This document shows, in pieces, positions 9,502-18,373 of a stretch of 64,000 nucleotides of DNA (position 1 is the stretch's first letter; each line of letters opens with the position of its first letter). Source of the DNA: an uncultured Actinomycetota bacterium. GTDB lineage: Bacteria > Actinomycetota > Actinomycetes > Prado026. The stretch is taken from assembly GCA_963849365.1 (NCBI GenBank), contig CAWKHA010000004.1, positions 585,214 to 649,213 on the forward strand, given 5' to 3'. The translations under genes were made by a program, and so were the position numbers. Below the pieces are notes generated by a model. That model searched no databases. It saw nothing but the letters and a program-made list of their open reading frames with translations, and was not told where the DNA came from.

Positions 9502-10531
9502 CCCGCCGACCCGGCCGCCCGCACGCGTCGGACTGCTCGGCGGCGGCGTGATCGGCGGCGGCTGGGCCGCGCGCTTCGCGCTGGCCGGGTGCGACGTGCA
9601 GGTCTTCGACCCGGACCCGCAGGCCGCGCGCAGGCTCGGCGAGGTGCTCGACGGCGCGCGTACCGCCTGGGCCGGGCTGACCGAGGCGCCGATGCCGGCC
9701 GAGGGCGCGTGGACGGTCGTGGGCTCGGTGGCCGAGGCGGTGGCCGGAGCCGGGTTCGTGCAGGAGAGCGCTCCGGAGGACCCCGCGCTGAAGCAGGGCC
9801 TGCTCGCCGAGGCCGACGCCGCCGCCGACCCCGACGTCGTCATCGCGTCGTCCACGTCCGGGCTGCTGCCGTCGGTGCTGCAGTCCGGCATGGCGCACCC
9901 TGAGCGGATGGTCGTCGGGCACCCGTTCAACCCGGTGTACCTGCTGCCACTGGTGGAGGTGTGCCCCGGTGCGCGCACCGGTGCCGGCAGCGTCGCGCGA
10001 GCGGCGGCGGTCTACTCCGCCGTGGGCATGCACCCGCTGGTGCTCCGGCACGAGGTGGACGGGTTCGTCGCGGACCGGCTGCTCGAGGCGCTGTGGCGGG
10101 AGGCGCTGTGGCTCGTGCACGACGGCGTCGCGACGGTCGCCGAGATCGACGACGCGATCCGCTACGGCGCCGGCCTGCGCTGGGCGTCGATGGGCACGAT
10201 GCTCACCTACCGGATCGCCGGCGGGGAGGGCGGCATGCGGCACTTCATGGCGCAGTTCGGGCCCGCGCTGCAGTGGCCGTGGACTCATCTCACCGACGTC
10301 CCCGAGCTCACCGAGGAGCTGCTGGACCGGATCGCCGAGCAGTCCGACGCGCAGGCCGAGGGTGCCTCGGTCCGGGAGCTGGAGCGGCTCCGGGACCGCT
10401 GCCTGGTCGCGGTCCTGCGTGGTCTGCGCTCGGTGCCGTACGGTGCCGGAGCCGAGCTGGCCGGCTACGAGGCCACCCTGACCGAGACCCACGGCGGGGT
10501 ACGGTCCCCTTCCTCGCCTACCCGACCGTAG
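9494..10531 (+). CDS. 3-hydroxyacyl-CoA dehydrogenase family protein (L-carnitine dehydrogenase-like)
   Basis: 345 aa; Rossmann GLLGGGVIGGGWA; ATG overlaps BKACE stop (ATGGCTGA). Confidence 0.8.
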   Translation: MADPPTRPPARVGLLGGGVIGGGWAARFALAGCDVQVFDPDPQAARRLGEVLDGARTAWAGLTEAPMPAEGAWTVVGSVAEAVAGAGFVQESAPEDPALKQGLLAEADAAADPDVVIASSTSGLLPSVLQSGMAHPERMVVGHPFNPVYLLPLVEVCPGARTGAGSVARAAAVYSAVGMHPLVLRHEVDGFVADRLLEALWREALWLVHDGVATVAEIDDAIRYGAGLRWASMGTMLTYRIAGGEGGMRHFMAQFGPALQWPWTHLTDVPELTEELLDRIAEQSDAQAEGASVRELERLRDRCLVAVLRGLRSVPYGAGAELAGYEATLTETHGGVRSPSSPTRP

Positions 10532-11135
10532 GTTGCGGGTTCAGGGTGAGCCGGCGGAAGGACTCAAGGAGCACCAGCGCCAGCGCGGTGGACAGGGCCA
10601 CCGTCGCGCTGACGACCACCGGGAGCTGAACGGTCACCACGGCGTAGACCAGCCAGCAGGTCTGCGAGACGACCTTGATGGACCAGGTCGTGATCGACAC
10701 CCCGGACTCGCCGCCGCCCCGCCACCCCGTGAACGAGTCGAAGACCTGTGGCCAGGCGGAGACCAGACCGACGGCGAGTGCGAGGTAGCCGACCGACGTC
10801 GCCGGCACCGTGAACGCGAGCAGGAGGAGGGCGGTCGCGGCGGCGGCCAGGCGTGCGGCGCGGCTCCGACGCGACGTGGTGCTCGGGACCAGCAGCACGA
10901 TCGCCACCGCGCCGCTGACCAGCAGCACGTTGCCGGGGATCTGCGGGACCGTGCCGGTCCGGACCCCGTACGTCATCCAGGTCAGGCAGGCCAGAGCGGT
11001 CAGCGCCCATGACGCCGGCGACACCCCGTCGAGCTGGGGGTGCCGTACGGTGCGCAGGATCTGCGGGACGACCATGGCCACACCGAGAGTGGCTCCGAGG
11101 TAGGCGAGGCAGACGGCGAAGGCGTGGACGGACAC
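10518..11135 (-). CDS. PQ-loop/SWEET-like membrane transporter with two PQ motifs (predicted 7 TM)
   Basis: 205 aa, two PQ motifs (VPQILRT near residue 24, WPQVFDSF near residue 130) each at start of a 3-helix unit. Confidence 0.6.
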   Translation of the reverse strand: MSVHAFAVCLAYLGATLGVAMVVPQILRTVRHPQLDGVSPASWALTALACLTWMTYGVRTGTVPQIPGNVLLVSGAVAIVLLVPSTTSRRSRAARLAAAATALLLLAFTVPATSVGYLALAVGLVSAWPQVFDSFTGWRGGGESGVSITTWSIKVVSQTCWLVYAVVTVQLPVVVSATVALSTALALVLLESFRRLTLNPQPTVG

Positions 11136-11161
11136 GGAGCGGCTCGCTTCGACGGGGGCTT

Positions 11162-11190
11162 CTGTATGGATACAGTCTTGAACGATACAG
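11162..11190. promoter_or_regulatory. AT-rich inverted repeat CTGTAT-gg-ATACAG plus third half-site GATACAG; candidate LacI-family operator
   Basis: tCTGTATGGATACAGtcttgaacGATACAG in the 89-bp divergent intergenic region, strongly AT-rich versus 72% GC background. Confidence 0.35.
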
Positions 11191-11224
11191 GACGACCCGG
11201 ACCGGACGGAAGGAGGGCGGCGGC

Positions 11225-12283
11225 ATGACGGCGGACCGGCCGACCCTGGACACCGTGGCCGAGGCCGCCGGCGTCTCCCGGATGACGGTCTCGAACGCCT
11301 ACAACCGGCCGGACCAGCTGTCCGCCGCGACCCGCGAGCGGGTGCTGGTGGTGGCAGCCGAGCTGGGGTACCCGGGGCCGGACCCGGCCGGCCGGTCGCT
11401 GCGGCGCAGGCGCGTCGGCACCGTCGGCGTCCTGCTGACCGAGCGGCTGCCCGCGGCGTTCACCGACCCGGGTCTGGTGTCGTTCATGCGCGGCCTGGCC
11501 ACCGAGCTCGGCGCGGCCGGCCAGGCGGCCCTGCTGGTGCCCGCCGAGGCCGACCTGGACGGCTCGCTGGTCCGCAACGCGCTCGTCGACGCGTTCGTCG
11601 TCTGCTCGATGGGCGCCGCCGACCCTGCCGTCACCGCGGTCACGGCCCGGCGGCTGCCTGTCGTCACGGCGGGCAGCCCGCGCATCCCCGGCGTCCCGTT
11701 CGTCGGGATCGACAACCGGAAGGCGGGGGCGCTGGCGGCGGACCACCTGCTGCAGCTCGGGCACGCACGGTTCGGCGTGATCGCGCTGCCCGGCCGCGAC
11801 CCGTCCGCGCCCATCGACAGCGCCGTCCCGGTCCGGCTGGGCAGCAAGGAGCGCGTGGAGGGCTTCACCCGGGCGCTCGCGGCGGCCGGGGTTCCCGCCG
11901 GCTCCGTGCTCGTGGCCGGCGCCGACGCCAACACCGTCGAGGCCGGCGTCCGGGCCGCGCACGGGCTGCTCGACCGTCCCGCGTCGAGCCGCCCCACCGC
12001 CGTCTTCGCGGTCACCGACGTGCTGGCACTCGGTGCCCTCGGCGCCGCGGCCGACCTGGGTAGGCGCGTCCCGCGCGACGTCTCCGTGGTCGGGTTCGAC
12101 GACATCCCGGAGGCGGCCCGGTCAGAACCGGGGCTGACCACGGTCTCCCAGTCGCTGTACGACCAGGGGCAGGCCGCGGCGCGGCTGGCGCTCGAACTCG
12201 TCGCCGGTCACGAGGTCCGCTCGCCGCGGATCAGGGCCGAGCTGGTCGTCCGGCAGAGCACCGCGCCGCCGCCGCCGCGCTGA
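11225..12283 (+). CDS. LacI-family transcriptional regulator
   Basis: N-terminal HTH (TLDTVAEAAGVSRMTVSNAYN) plus periplasmic-binding-like sugar-sensor domain; ATG in frame of track ORF 11009..12283. Confidence 0.8.
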   Translation: MTADRPTLDTVAEAAGVSRMTVSNAYNRPDQLSAATRERVLVVAAELGYPGPDPAGRSLRRRRVGTVGVLLTERLPAAFTDPGLVSFMRGLATELGAAGQAALLVPAEADLDGSLVRNALVDAFVVCSMGAADPAVTAVTARRLPVVTAGSPRIPGVPFVGIDNRKAGALAADHLLQLGHARFGVIALPGRDPSAPIDSAVPVRLGSKERVEGFTRALAAAGVPAGSVLVAGADANTVEAGVRAAHGLLDRPASSRPTAVFAVTDVLALGALGAAADLGRRVPRDVSVVGFDDIPEAARSEPGLTTVSQSLYDQGQAAARLALELVAGHEVRSPRIRAELVVRQSTAPPPPR

Positions 12284-12446
12284 CGGCGAGCCCGAGCCAC
12301 CTCCGCGGTCACGCTGCGCAGCCTCCCGTCGCCCCTGCGAGACGAGCCTGTCCGCAACCGTGTTGCATGAGTAGCGTGACCGGGATCGTCGCCGGAGGGG
12401 CCGGCGGCAGGGGCGTCGGGGAGCGCTCCGTGCTAGGGGAGGGAGC

Positions 12447-13136
12447 TTGATGAGCCGACTACGCGTCGCCCTGGCAGCGGGGGCTGCCGTCGTACTCACG
12501 ACCGTGTGTCTGGCACCACCGGCAACAGCAGCAACACTGACGACGGTCGCGTTGTGGAACATGAACGAGAGGAGCGGCTCGACGCTCGTCGACTCCAGCG
12601 GCCACGGCATCAACGGCAGCATCGGCAGCGAGGTCGTGAAGAACGGCTCCGTGCACACGTTCAACCCCCTGAAGGCAACGCCGCCGGCCCACCCGGGACA
12701 CATCGACCTGGTCAGCAACTCCAAGCTCAACCCAGGCACGCGCGACTACAGCATCACGATCCGGCTGAAGTGGACGAACGCGTTCGGCAACATCATCCAG
12801 AAGGGTCAGTCGGCGACGGCCGGCGGCTACTTCAAGTGGCAGGCCCCGAACGGGAAGGTGCAGTGCCTGTTCCGCGGCTCGGTCGGGAACGCGGGAGTGG
12901 GGTCTCCGACGGCGCTCAACAACGGCGCGTGGCACGTGGTCAACTGCACGCGCACCGCCACGGCGGTGACGATGACCGTCGACGGCGTGCAGGTCGCCAA
13001 GATCGCCCACGCGACCGGCAACATCTCCAACACCAAGCCGCTCTCGATCGCGGGCAAGAACAGCTGCGACCAGATCACGGTCACGTGCGACTACTGGGCC
13101 GGCCAGATCGACTACGTGCAGATCCAGACCAGCTGA
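12447..13136 (+). CDS. secreted LamG/concanavalin-A-like lectin jelly-roll domain protein
   Basis: 229 aa, Sec signal (AAPPATAATLTT), locally lower GC codon usage, GGGAGGGAG RBS, TTGCAT -35-like hexamer upstream. Confidence 0.6.
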   Translation: MMSRLRVALAAGAAVVLTTVCLAPPATAATLTTVALWNMNERSGSTLVDSSGHGINGSIGSEVVKNGSVHTFNPLKATPPAHPGHIDLVSNSKLNPGTRDYSITIRLKWTNAFGNIIQKGQSATAGGYFKWQAPNGKVQCLFRGSVGNAGVGSPTALNNGAWHVVNCTRTATAVTMTVDGVQVAKIAHATGNISNTKPLSIAGKNSCDQITVTCDYWAGQIDYVQIQTS

Positions 13137-13154
13137 CGTCACGGCCACGCGACC

Positions 13155-13198
13155 GAGCAGGACTTCAGCGCTGGAGGAGCACGCTGAAGTCCTGCTCA
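13155..13198. terminator. perfect 16-bp inverted repeat (GAGCAGGACTTCAGCG ... CGCTGAAGTCCTGCTC), bidirectional terminator between convergent genes
   Basis: Seen in sequence; 12-nt loop; overlaps last codons of the minus-strand lipoprotein gene. Confidence 0.5.
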
Positions 13199-13785
13199 GT
13201 CAGGGGCAGGGCCGTCAGCTCGCCGTCGGGCAGCGCTGCTTCCAGCGGACGGCCGTTGCGCGTGAGCAGCACACTGTCGACCAGGGGCATGGCCGTGAGC
13301 GTCAGCACGACCTGACCGGTGGCCAGGTGGGCCTGGTCCGCGGCGGGACCGGGGTCGCTGCCCTCCAGGTCGACCACCGCCTGACCGTCGACGAGGCTGA
13401 CCAGCTTGAGCGTCAGGCCGGGTGGGATCGCCGACGACAGGCCGGCCTTGCGCTCCGTCGCGTCCGGCCCCGCGACCAGCTGCGCGAGCGTCTGCGCGAT
13501 CGCCTGCTGGGTGTCCGCCGACACCGGCGCGCGGCGGACGGGGCGCAGCATGTTCTCTCCCGACACGAAGAACAGGTCCGCCGTCCCTCCCGCCGCGGGA
13601 CGGGACTGCGTCTGCGAGCCCGCGGCCGCGTGGTCCGGCACCCCGGCCTGGTCGATCGCAGCCGGCTCGTCCATCGTCGGCAGCCCGCACCCGGACAGCC
13701 CCACCGCCAGCAACGTGGCCCCGAGCGCGCACCCGACGAGCGCCCGTACGACGGCCCGGCGGCGCCGGTGCAGCGAACCGTTCAC
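13165..13785 (-). CDS. small GerMN-domain lipoprotein, miniature LpqB-like
   Basis: 207 aa; lipobox LSGCG after signal; GTG start overlaps kinase stop as GTGA; C-terminal part of track ORF 13165..15168. Confidence 0.55.
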   Translation of the reverse strand: MNGSLHRRRRAVVRALVGCALGATLLAVGLSGCGLPTMDEPAAIDQAGVPDHAAAGSQTQSRPAAGGTADLFFVSGENMLRPVRRAPVSADTQQAIAQTLAQLVAGPDATERKAGLSSAIPPGLTLKLVSLVDGQAVVDLEGSDPGPAADQAHLATGQVVLTLTAMPLVDSVLLTRNGRPLEAALPDGELTALPLTEQDFSVLLQR

Positions 13786-15146
13786 GGCATGGCCTCCACG
13801 CAGGGCAGCCAGAGCACGAAGCGGGCCCCACCGCCGGGCCGTTCGGTGCACCACACCTCGCCACCGAGCGAGGACGCGGTCTCCTTGACGATCGCCAGAC
13901 CCAGCCCCGTCCCGCGGGCCGAGCCACGGGCGCCCCCGCTGGTCGCGAACCGCGCGAACACCCGCTCCCGGTCGGCCAGCGGCACTCCAGGTCCCGCGTC
14001 GTCGACGAGCACGCAGACCCCGGCGCTGTCCTGGACCACTTCGACAGCGACCACGCCGCCGCCGTACCGGTCCGCGTTCTCGACCAGGTTGGCGAACGCG
14101 CGCTCCAGCCGGGCCCGGTCGGCGTTGACCACGACGTGGGTGTCCCCCTGCACGAGCGTGGCCGGCAGGCTGCGCATGGCCAGCGACTGCTCGACCAGAC
14201 AGCGCAGGTCCACGTCCTGCAGCTGCTGGTCGGGCAGCCCCGCGTCGAAGCGGGCCAGCTCGATCAGCTCGTCCAGGAGCCGGCGGAACCGCGCCAGCTC
14301 CGCCGACGTCAGGTCGAGTGCCTGGCGCTGGACCGGCGACATCCCCGCCGCCCGCGCCTGCAGCAGGTCCACGGCGGCGACGAGCGTCGTCAACGGGGTG
14401 CGCAGCTCGTGGCTGACGTCGGCGGCGAACGACGCGTCCCGCTCGATCCGCGTCTGCAGCGCGTCCACCATGCTGTTGAACGAGCCGACGATCGTCACCA
14501 GGTCGGGGTCGTCGGTGGGCTCCAGCCGGCGGGACAGCTGACCGCCGGCGATCTGCGCGGCGGCGGTCGCCACGCCGTCCAGCGGCTCGAGCACCCGCCG
14601 GCTCGACCAGACGCCGATGCCCACGCCCGCGGCCGCCGCGCAGACGGTGCCGATGGCGAGGATGAGCCCGAGGATGTTCAGGCTGCGGACGAGGTCGTCC
14701 AGCGGGGCGACCTCGTACAGCTCGCCCCCCACGCCGGTCAACGGGATGCCGACGACGACGACCTCGCCCTGCGGCCCGTCCACCACCTGGTAGCCGGCCG
14801 ACCCGCCGGACGACATCGAGACCAGCGCGCCGGGGACCGACTCGGCGCCGACGTCGAGCGAGGACGAGAACCAGCTTCCCGCGCGGTGGATCAGTACCAC
14901 CGAGGCGGACAGCGGGTCGAGCGCGTTGAGCACGTCGCTGGCGTCGGTGCCGGGCGTCTCCAGCCTGGCCGTCGAGAGGCGCGCGTCGATGGCTGCCCGC
15001 CGCTGCACGCCCTCGACCCGCTGCTCGAGCAGGTAGCTGCGGGCCAGCAGGAAGGTCGCCATGGCGAACAGGACTGCGACCAGGAGCGTCCCCGCGCCCA
15101 GGTACAGGGTCGTCCGGGCCCGCAGCGACCGGGGCCGCAAGCTCAT
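13782..15146 (-). CDS. sensor histidine kinase (MtrB-like)
   Basis: 454 aa; two TM, HAMP, H-box SHELRTPLT, ATPase G-boxes. Confidence 0.8.
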   Translation of the reverse strand: MSLRPRSLRARTTLYLGAGTLLVAVLFAMATFLLARSYLLEQRVEGVQRRAAIDARLSTARLETPGTDASDVLNALDPLSASVVLIHRAGSWFSSSLDVGAESVPGALVSMSSGGSAGYQVVDGPQGEVVVVGIPLTGVGGELYEVAPLDDLVRSLNILGLILAIGTVCAAAAGVGIGVWSSRRVLEPLDGVATAAAQIAGGQLSRRLEPTDDPDLVTIVGSFNSMVDALQTRIERDASFAADVSHELRTPLTTLVAAVDLLQARAAGMSPVQRQALDLTSAELARFRRLLDELIELARFDAGLPDQQLQDVDLRCLVEQSLAMRSLPATLVQGDTHVVVNADRARLERAFANLVENADRYGGGVVAVEVVQDSAGVCVLVDDAGPGVPLADRERVFARFATSGGARGSARGTGLGLAIVKETASSLGGEVWCTERPGGGARFVLWLPCVEAMP

Positions 15147-15850
15147 CGCCGGTCGAGCCGGTAACCAAGACCGCGCACGGTCACGATCAGCTCGGGGTTC
15201 GCCGGGTCCTTCTCGATCTTCGTGCGGAGCCGCCGGACGTGGACGTCGACGAGCCGCTCGTCACCGAAGAAGCCGTGGTCCCAGACCCGTTCCAACAGCT
15301 GCTGGCGGCTGAGCACCCGGCCCTCGGCGTCGGCGAGCTCGCTGAGCAGCCGGAACTCGGTCAGCGTCAGGTGCACCGGCTCCTCGCCACGGCGTACCCA
15401 GCCGGCCGCCGTCGCCAGCACCAGCGGGGCCAGCGGGTCCGAGCCGTCCAGCAGCACCGCCCCGACGTCTTCGGACCCGTTGTCGTGGCGGCGCTGCGTC
15501 CGGCGCAGCAGCGCCCGCAACCGGGCCGTCATCTCCTTCACCTGGAACGGCTTGGTCAGGTAGTCGTCGGCCCCGACCTCCAGGCCGGCCACGATGTCGT
15601 GGGTGTCGTCGCGGGCGCTGACCACCACGATCGGGATGTCGCTCGTCCGGCGCACCTCGCGGATGCAGTCGAAGCCCGACATCCCGCCGAGCATCAGGTC
15701 GACCAGCATGACGTCCGGCCCCACCGCAGCGAAGGTGTCCAGCGCCTCCTCGGCGCTGGCGGTCGGGGCCACCTCGTAGCCCTCGTCCTCGAGTGCGAGC
15801 CCCAGCACGGCGCGGACGCGGTCGTCGTCCTCGACCAGCATCACCCGGAC
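15143..15850 (-). CDS. OmpR-family response regulator (MtrA-like paralog)
   Basis: Receiver domain (VMLVEDDDRV ... DYLTKPF) plus winged-helix trans_reg_C; stop overlaps kinase start (ATGA); start GTG near 15850 or ATG 15841. Confidence 0.8.
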   Translation of the reverse strand, partial: VRVMLVEDDDRVRAVLGLALEDEGYEVAPTASAEEALDTFAAVGPDVMLVDLMLGGMSGFDCIREVRRTSDIPIVVVSARDDTHDIVAGLEVGADDYLTKPFQVKEMTARLRALLRRTQRRHDNGSEDVGAVLLDGSDPLAPLVLATAAGWVRRGEEPVHLTLTEFRLLSELADAEGRVLSRQQLLERVWDHGFFGDERLVDVHVRRLRTKIEKDPANPELIVTVRGLGYRLDRR

Positions 15851-16032
15851 TCCCACCGCACGATGCTCGCACAGCCGCGGGACCGCCGGACCCGGCTGCC
15901 CGGACCCACGGAGTTCGTCACACGACCGCAAAGTGGCCGACCGCACCGTCGCAAGGTTGGCTGAGCACGGTAGGGGCCAAGGGACCGCGGCGCTACAGCC
16001 GCAGACGACGCACCGAGGAGGCAGGCGCTGCG

Positions 16033-16374
16033 ATGACGGCCACAGCGTTCGACCTGCGCGAGCAGGCCGTCGTCGAGCTGGACGACCACACGATCAACGA
16101 GGGGCTGCCGGACCTGCGCTGGCACCTGCGCGACCTGGTACTGGGCGGGGCCCAGACCATCCGGGTCGACCTGACGCACACGACCCGGATGGGCTCCACG
16201 GCGTTGGCGGCGCTGCTCAGCGCCCACCGGGCCTGCCGGGCCCGCGGCGGCGGCGTCGTGCTCGTCAACCCGAACCGGCAGGTGCTGGAGCTCATGCGGC
16301 GCACCGGGCTGTGGCGCGTCTTCCGTACCGAGCAGGCCGGCCGGGCGGGCAGCGAAGGCACCGGCCGACGGTGA
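16033..16374 (+). CDS. STAS-domain protein (anti-sigma-factor antagonist-like)
   Basis: 113 aa; STAS fold sequence; no conserved phosphorylatable Ser identified. Confidence 0.65.
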   Translation: MTATAFDLREQAVVELDDHTINEGLPDLRWHLRDLVLGGAQTIRVDLTHTTRMGSTALAALLSAHRACRARGGGVVLVNPNRQVLELMRRTGLWRVFRTEQAGRAGSEGTGRR

Positions 16375-16919
16375 GCGCCGCACCCACGCTGGGCCCGGAC
16401 AGCGCCGTCTACCGGCTCCCGCCACGCCGCGTGCACGAGCTGCTCGGCTGGAACGTCTGGTCGGCCCGCGGCCGCGCTGCCAGTGTCGACGTCCTGCGGG
16501 TGGGCGACCACCTCGAGGTCCTGCTCGCCGAGGCCGACCCCGGGGGCGGAGCGGCCGGTGCGTCGTCGGGCAGCCGCACGCGGCTCGTGCTCGGCGCCGA
16601 CGGCAGCTGCAGCGCCGCGCACGTGGCGTCCCCGTCCGTCCTGCACGTGCTGCACGCCGGGACCACGGCATCGGCCGCCAGCCGGGACGGCGGCCGGTCG
16701 AAGGTCGAGACCGAGTACGGCGACGTGCTGGTCGCCACCACCTCGGCGTTCCTGCAGGCTGCCCCGGCGGAGCTGCTGGCCCAGATCCCACAACGCACCA
16801 GACGCCGGCGCAGCCTGGCGGGGCTCGCCGACGAGCTGGTGCGTCGGGTGGGTCGCAGTCCCGCAGGGGACCGCGCGGGGATCGTCGTCGCCCAGAGGGT
16901 CTGGCCTGCCGGGGCCTGA
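16371..16919 (+). CDS. hypothetical protein translationally coupled to the STAS gene
   Basis: GTG overlapping the STAS stop (GTGA); 182 aa in frame of track ORF 15933..16919; no recognisable family. Confidence 0.4.
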   Translation: MSAAPTLGPDSAVYRLPPRRVHELLGWNVWSARGRAASVDVLRVGDHLEVLLAEADPGGGAAGASSGSRTRLVLGADGSCSAAHVASPSVLHVLHAGTTASAASRDGGRSKVETEYGDVLVATTSAFLQAAPAELLAQIPQRTRRRRSLAGLADELVRRVGRSPAGDRAGIVVAQRVWPAGA

Positions 16920-16934
16920 CGGCGACACCGCGCC

Positions 16935-16973
16935 GTGGCGCGCCGCAGCCGTTGGGGGCCTGCGGCGCGCCAC
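16935..16973. terminator. perfect 14-bp inverted repeat GTGGCGCGCCGCAG ... CTGCGGCGCGCCAC between convergent genes
   Basis: Seen in sequence; 11-nt loop. Confidence 0.5.
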
Positions 16974-17000
16974 GATCGGTTCAGAGGGCGCGAACCCCGT

Positions 17001-17971
17001 TCAGCCGGCCAGCGCGCGAAGGTACGCGAGCGTCTGCGGGATCTGCGTCAGCGGCTGCGAGAAGCTCGCCGCAGCCGTGTTGTTGTACCAGGCAGCGCCG
17101 ATCGGCGGGTAGGGCGCCCACTGGTTGATCGTCGACTGGATGTACGCGATGTCCTTGGCGTCACCGGAGTGGTAGCCGAACTCCGGGATCGCCCATGGCT
17201 TGTGCTTGGCCTTCGCGTAGTTCATCGCACGCACCACGTTGTCGGGCACGTAGCAGTCGAAGCCGAGCACGTCGGCGGGCACGTACCAGCTCTCCGGGTC
17301 ACCGTGCGGCTTGCTCGGCGCGAGCACGTATCCCTCGAGGATGCTCATCGACTTCACCCGCGAGCTCGGGTACTTCTTCTCCACCGACAGCAGCTGCGCC
17401 CAGCCGGCGCGGTACTGCGCGGTGTTGAAGTGGTTGCTCGGGTTGTCCGCCTCGTGCTGCCAGTCCCAGTAGACCGTGCGGCCGGACTTGTTCCACGCCT
17501 GCAGAAGAGTGGCGAACTGCGCGTTGAACTTGCCGGAGGCGACCGTCGCCAGGCTGACACCGTCGAAGGACACCCAGATCTGGTAGCTCGACGGCAGCGC
17601 GGGCAGCGTGGTCTTCGGGGTGCTCCAGAAGACGCGACCGACGCGGGCGTTCGGGAACATCTTGATCGTCTGGGTGCTGTTGCCGCCCATCGAGGTCCCG
17701 AAGGCCACGCCACGTGCGGCCGCGGGGATCGTGTAGGACGTCGTGGCGCTGGTGGGCTCGCGGTGGCCGCCTTCGCGGTGGCCGCCTTCGCGGTCGTCGC
17801 GGTCGTGGCCGCCGGGGTGGCCGTGGCGCTGACCGCCGCCTTGTCCTTGTGATGCTTGTGCTTGTGCTTGTGGACCGTGGCGGCGTTGCTGGTGCTCACC
17901 AGCACCGGTATGAGCAGCGGGACGGTGAAGAGGGACAGGGGCGCGAGTCTGCGGAGTAGGGCGGTTGACAT
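17001..17971 (-). pseudogene. secreted GH26-like glycoside hydrolase, copy 1, disrupted by a 1-nt frameshift next to a tandem repeat
   Basis: Signal peptide + KHKHKHH + TAK-rich linker in the frame of track ORF 17354..18304. Catalytic domain (WQHEAD ... WAIPEFG) in the frame of ORF 17001..18311. Frame switch near 17745-17752. Confidence 0.55.
17753..17800. repeat. tandem 15-bp duplication GCGGTGGCCGCCTTC x2 followed by GCGGTCGTC/GCGGTCGTG x2 (encodes KAATAKAATA linker on minus strand)
   Basis: Seen directly; immediately adjacent to the frameshift position of GH26-like copy 1. Confidence 0.5.
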
Positions 17972-18373
17972 CCGGTGAACCTTCTCTGTCGGGGGCATTG
18001 CCTGTCTCGGATCCCGGGGTCCCGCCCTGGTACACCCGGGTGTCCGATCTGTCTCGGCGGACAGCATGCCACGACCACCGCAACCTTTCTGTGACCTGAG
18101 GGGCGTGACATGAGCCACGGGGCCCCCGGGCTTGTGACATCGGCGTGAATTCGAAACCCGTTGGCCGCACACGCCACACGGCGCCCTCCTCCCCCACCGC
18201 AGGCCGCAGGCGTGGCATGGTGTCCTCGGACCAGATAACGAACTGGTCACGAGGTGCGGCGGATGCCGCAGGATAGGGAGGCGCCGCTTCGACGACGCGA
18301 CCAAGGAACATCCGACCGGAGTCCGACGTACAAGGGCGGGACGACCGGCTCCCAGGCAGAAAAGGTCAGCCGT

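Noticed and set aside
12459-13148. 229-aa minus-strand ORF antisense to the LamG-like gene
   Set aside because: Compositionally biased antisense frame. The sense-strand ORF has signal peptide, RBS and a domain-like sequence.
17830-17880. KHKHKHH-encoding CACAAG repeats as possible phase-variation tract
   Set aside because: Present in frame in both paralogs with the same length. Interpreted as a His/Lys-rich linker or metal-binding motif. The actual frameshift is at the adjacent 15-bp repeat, not here.
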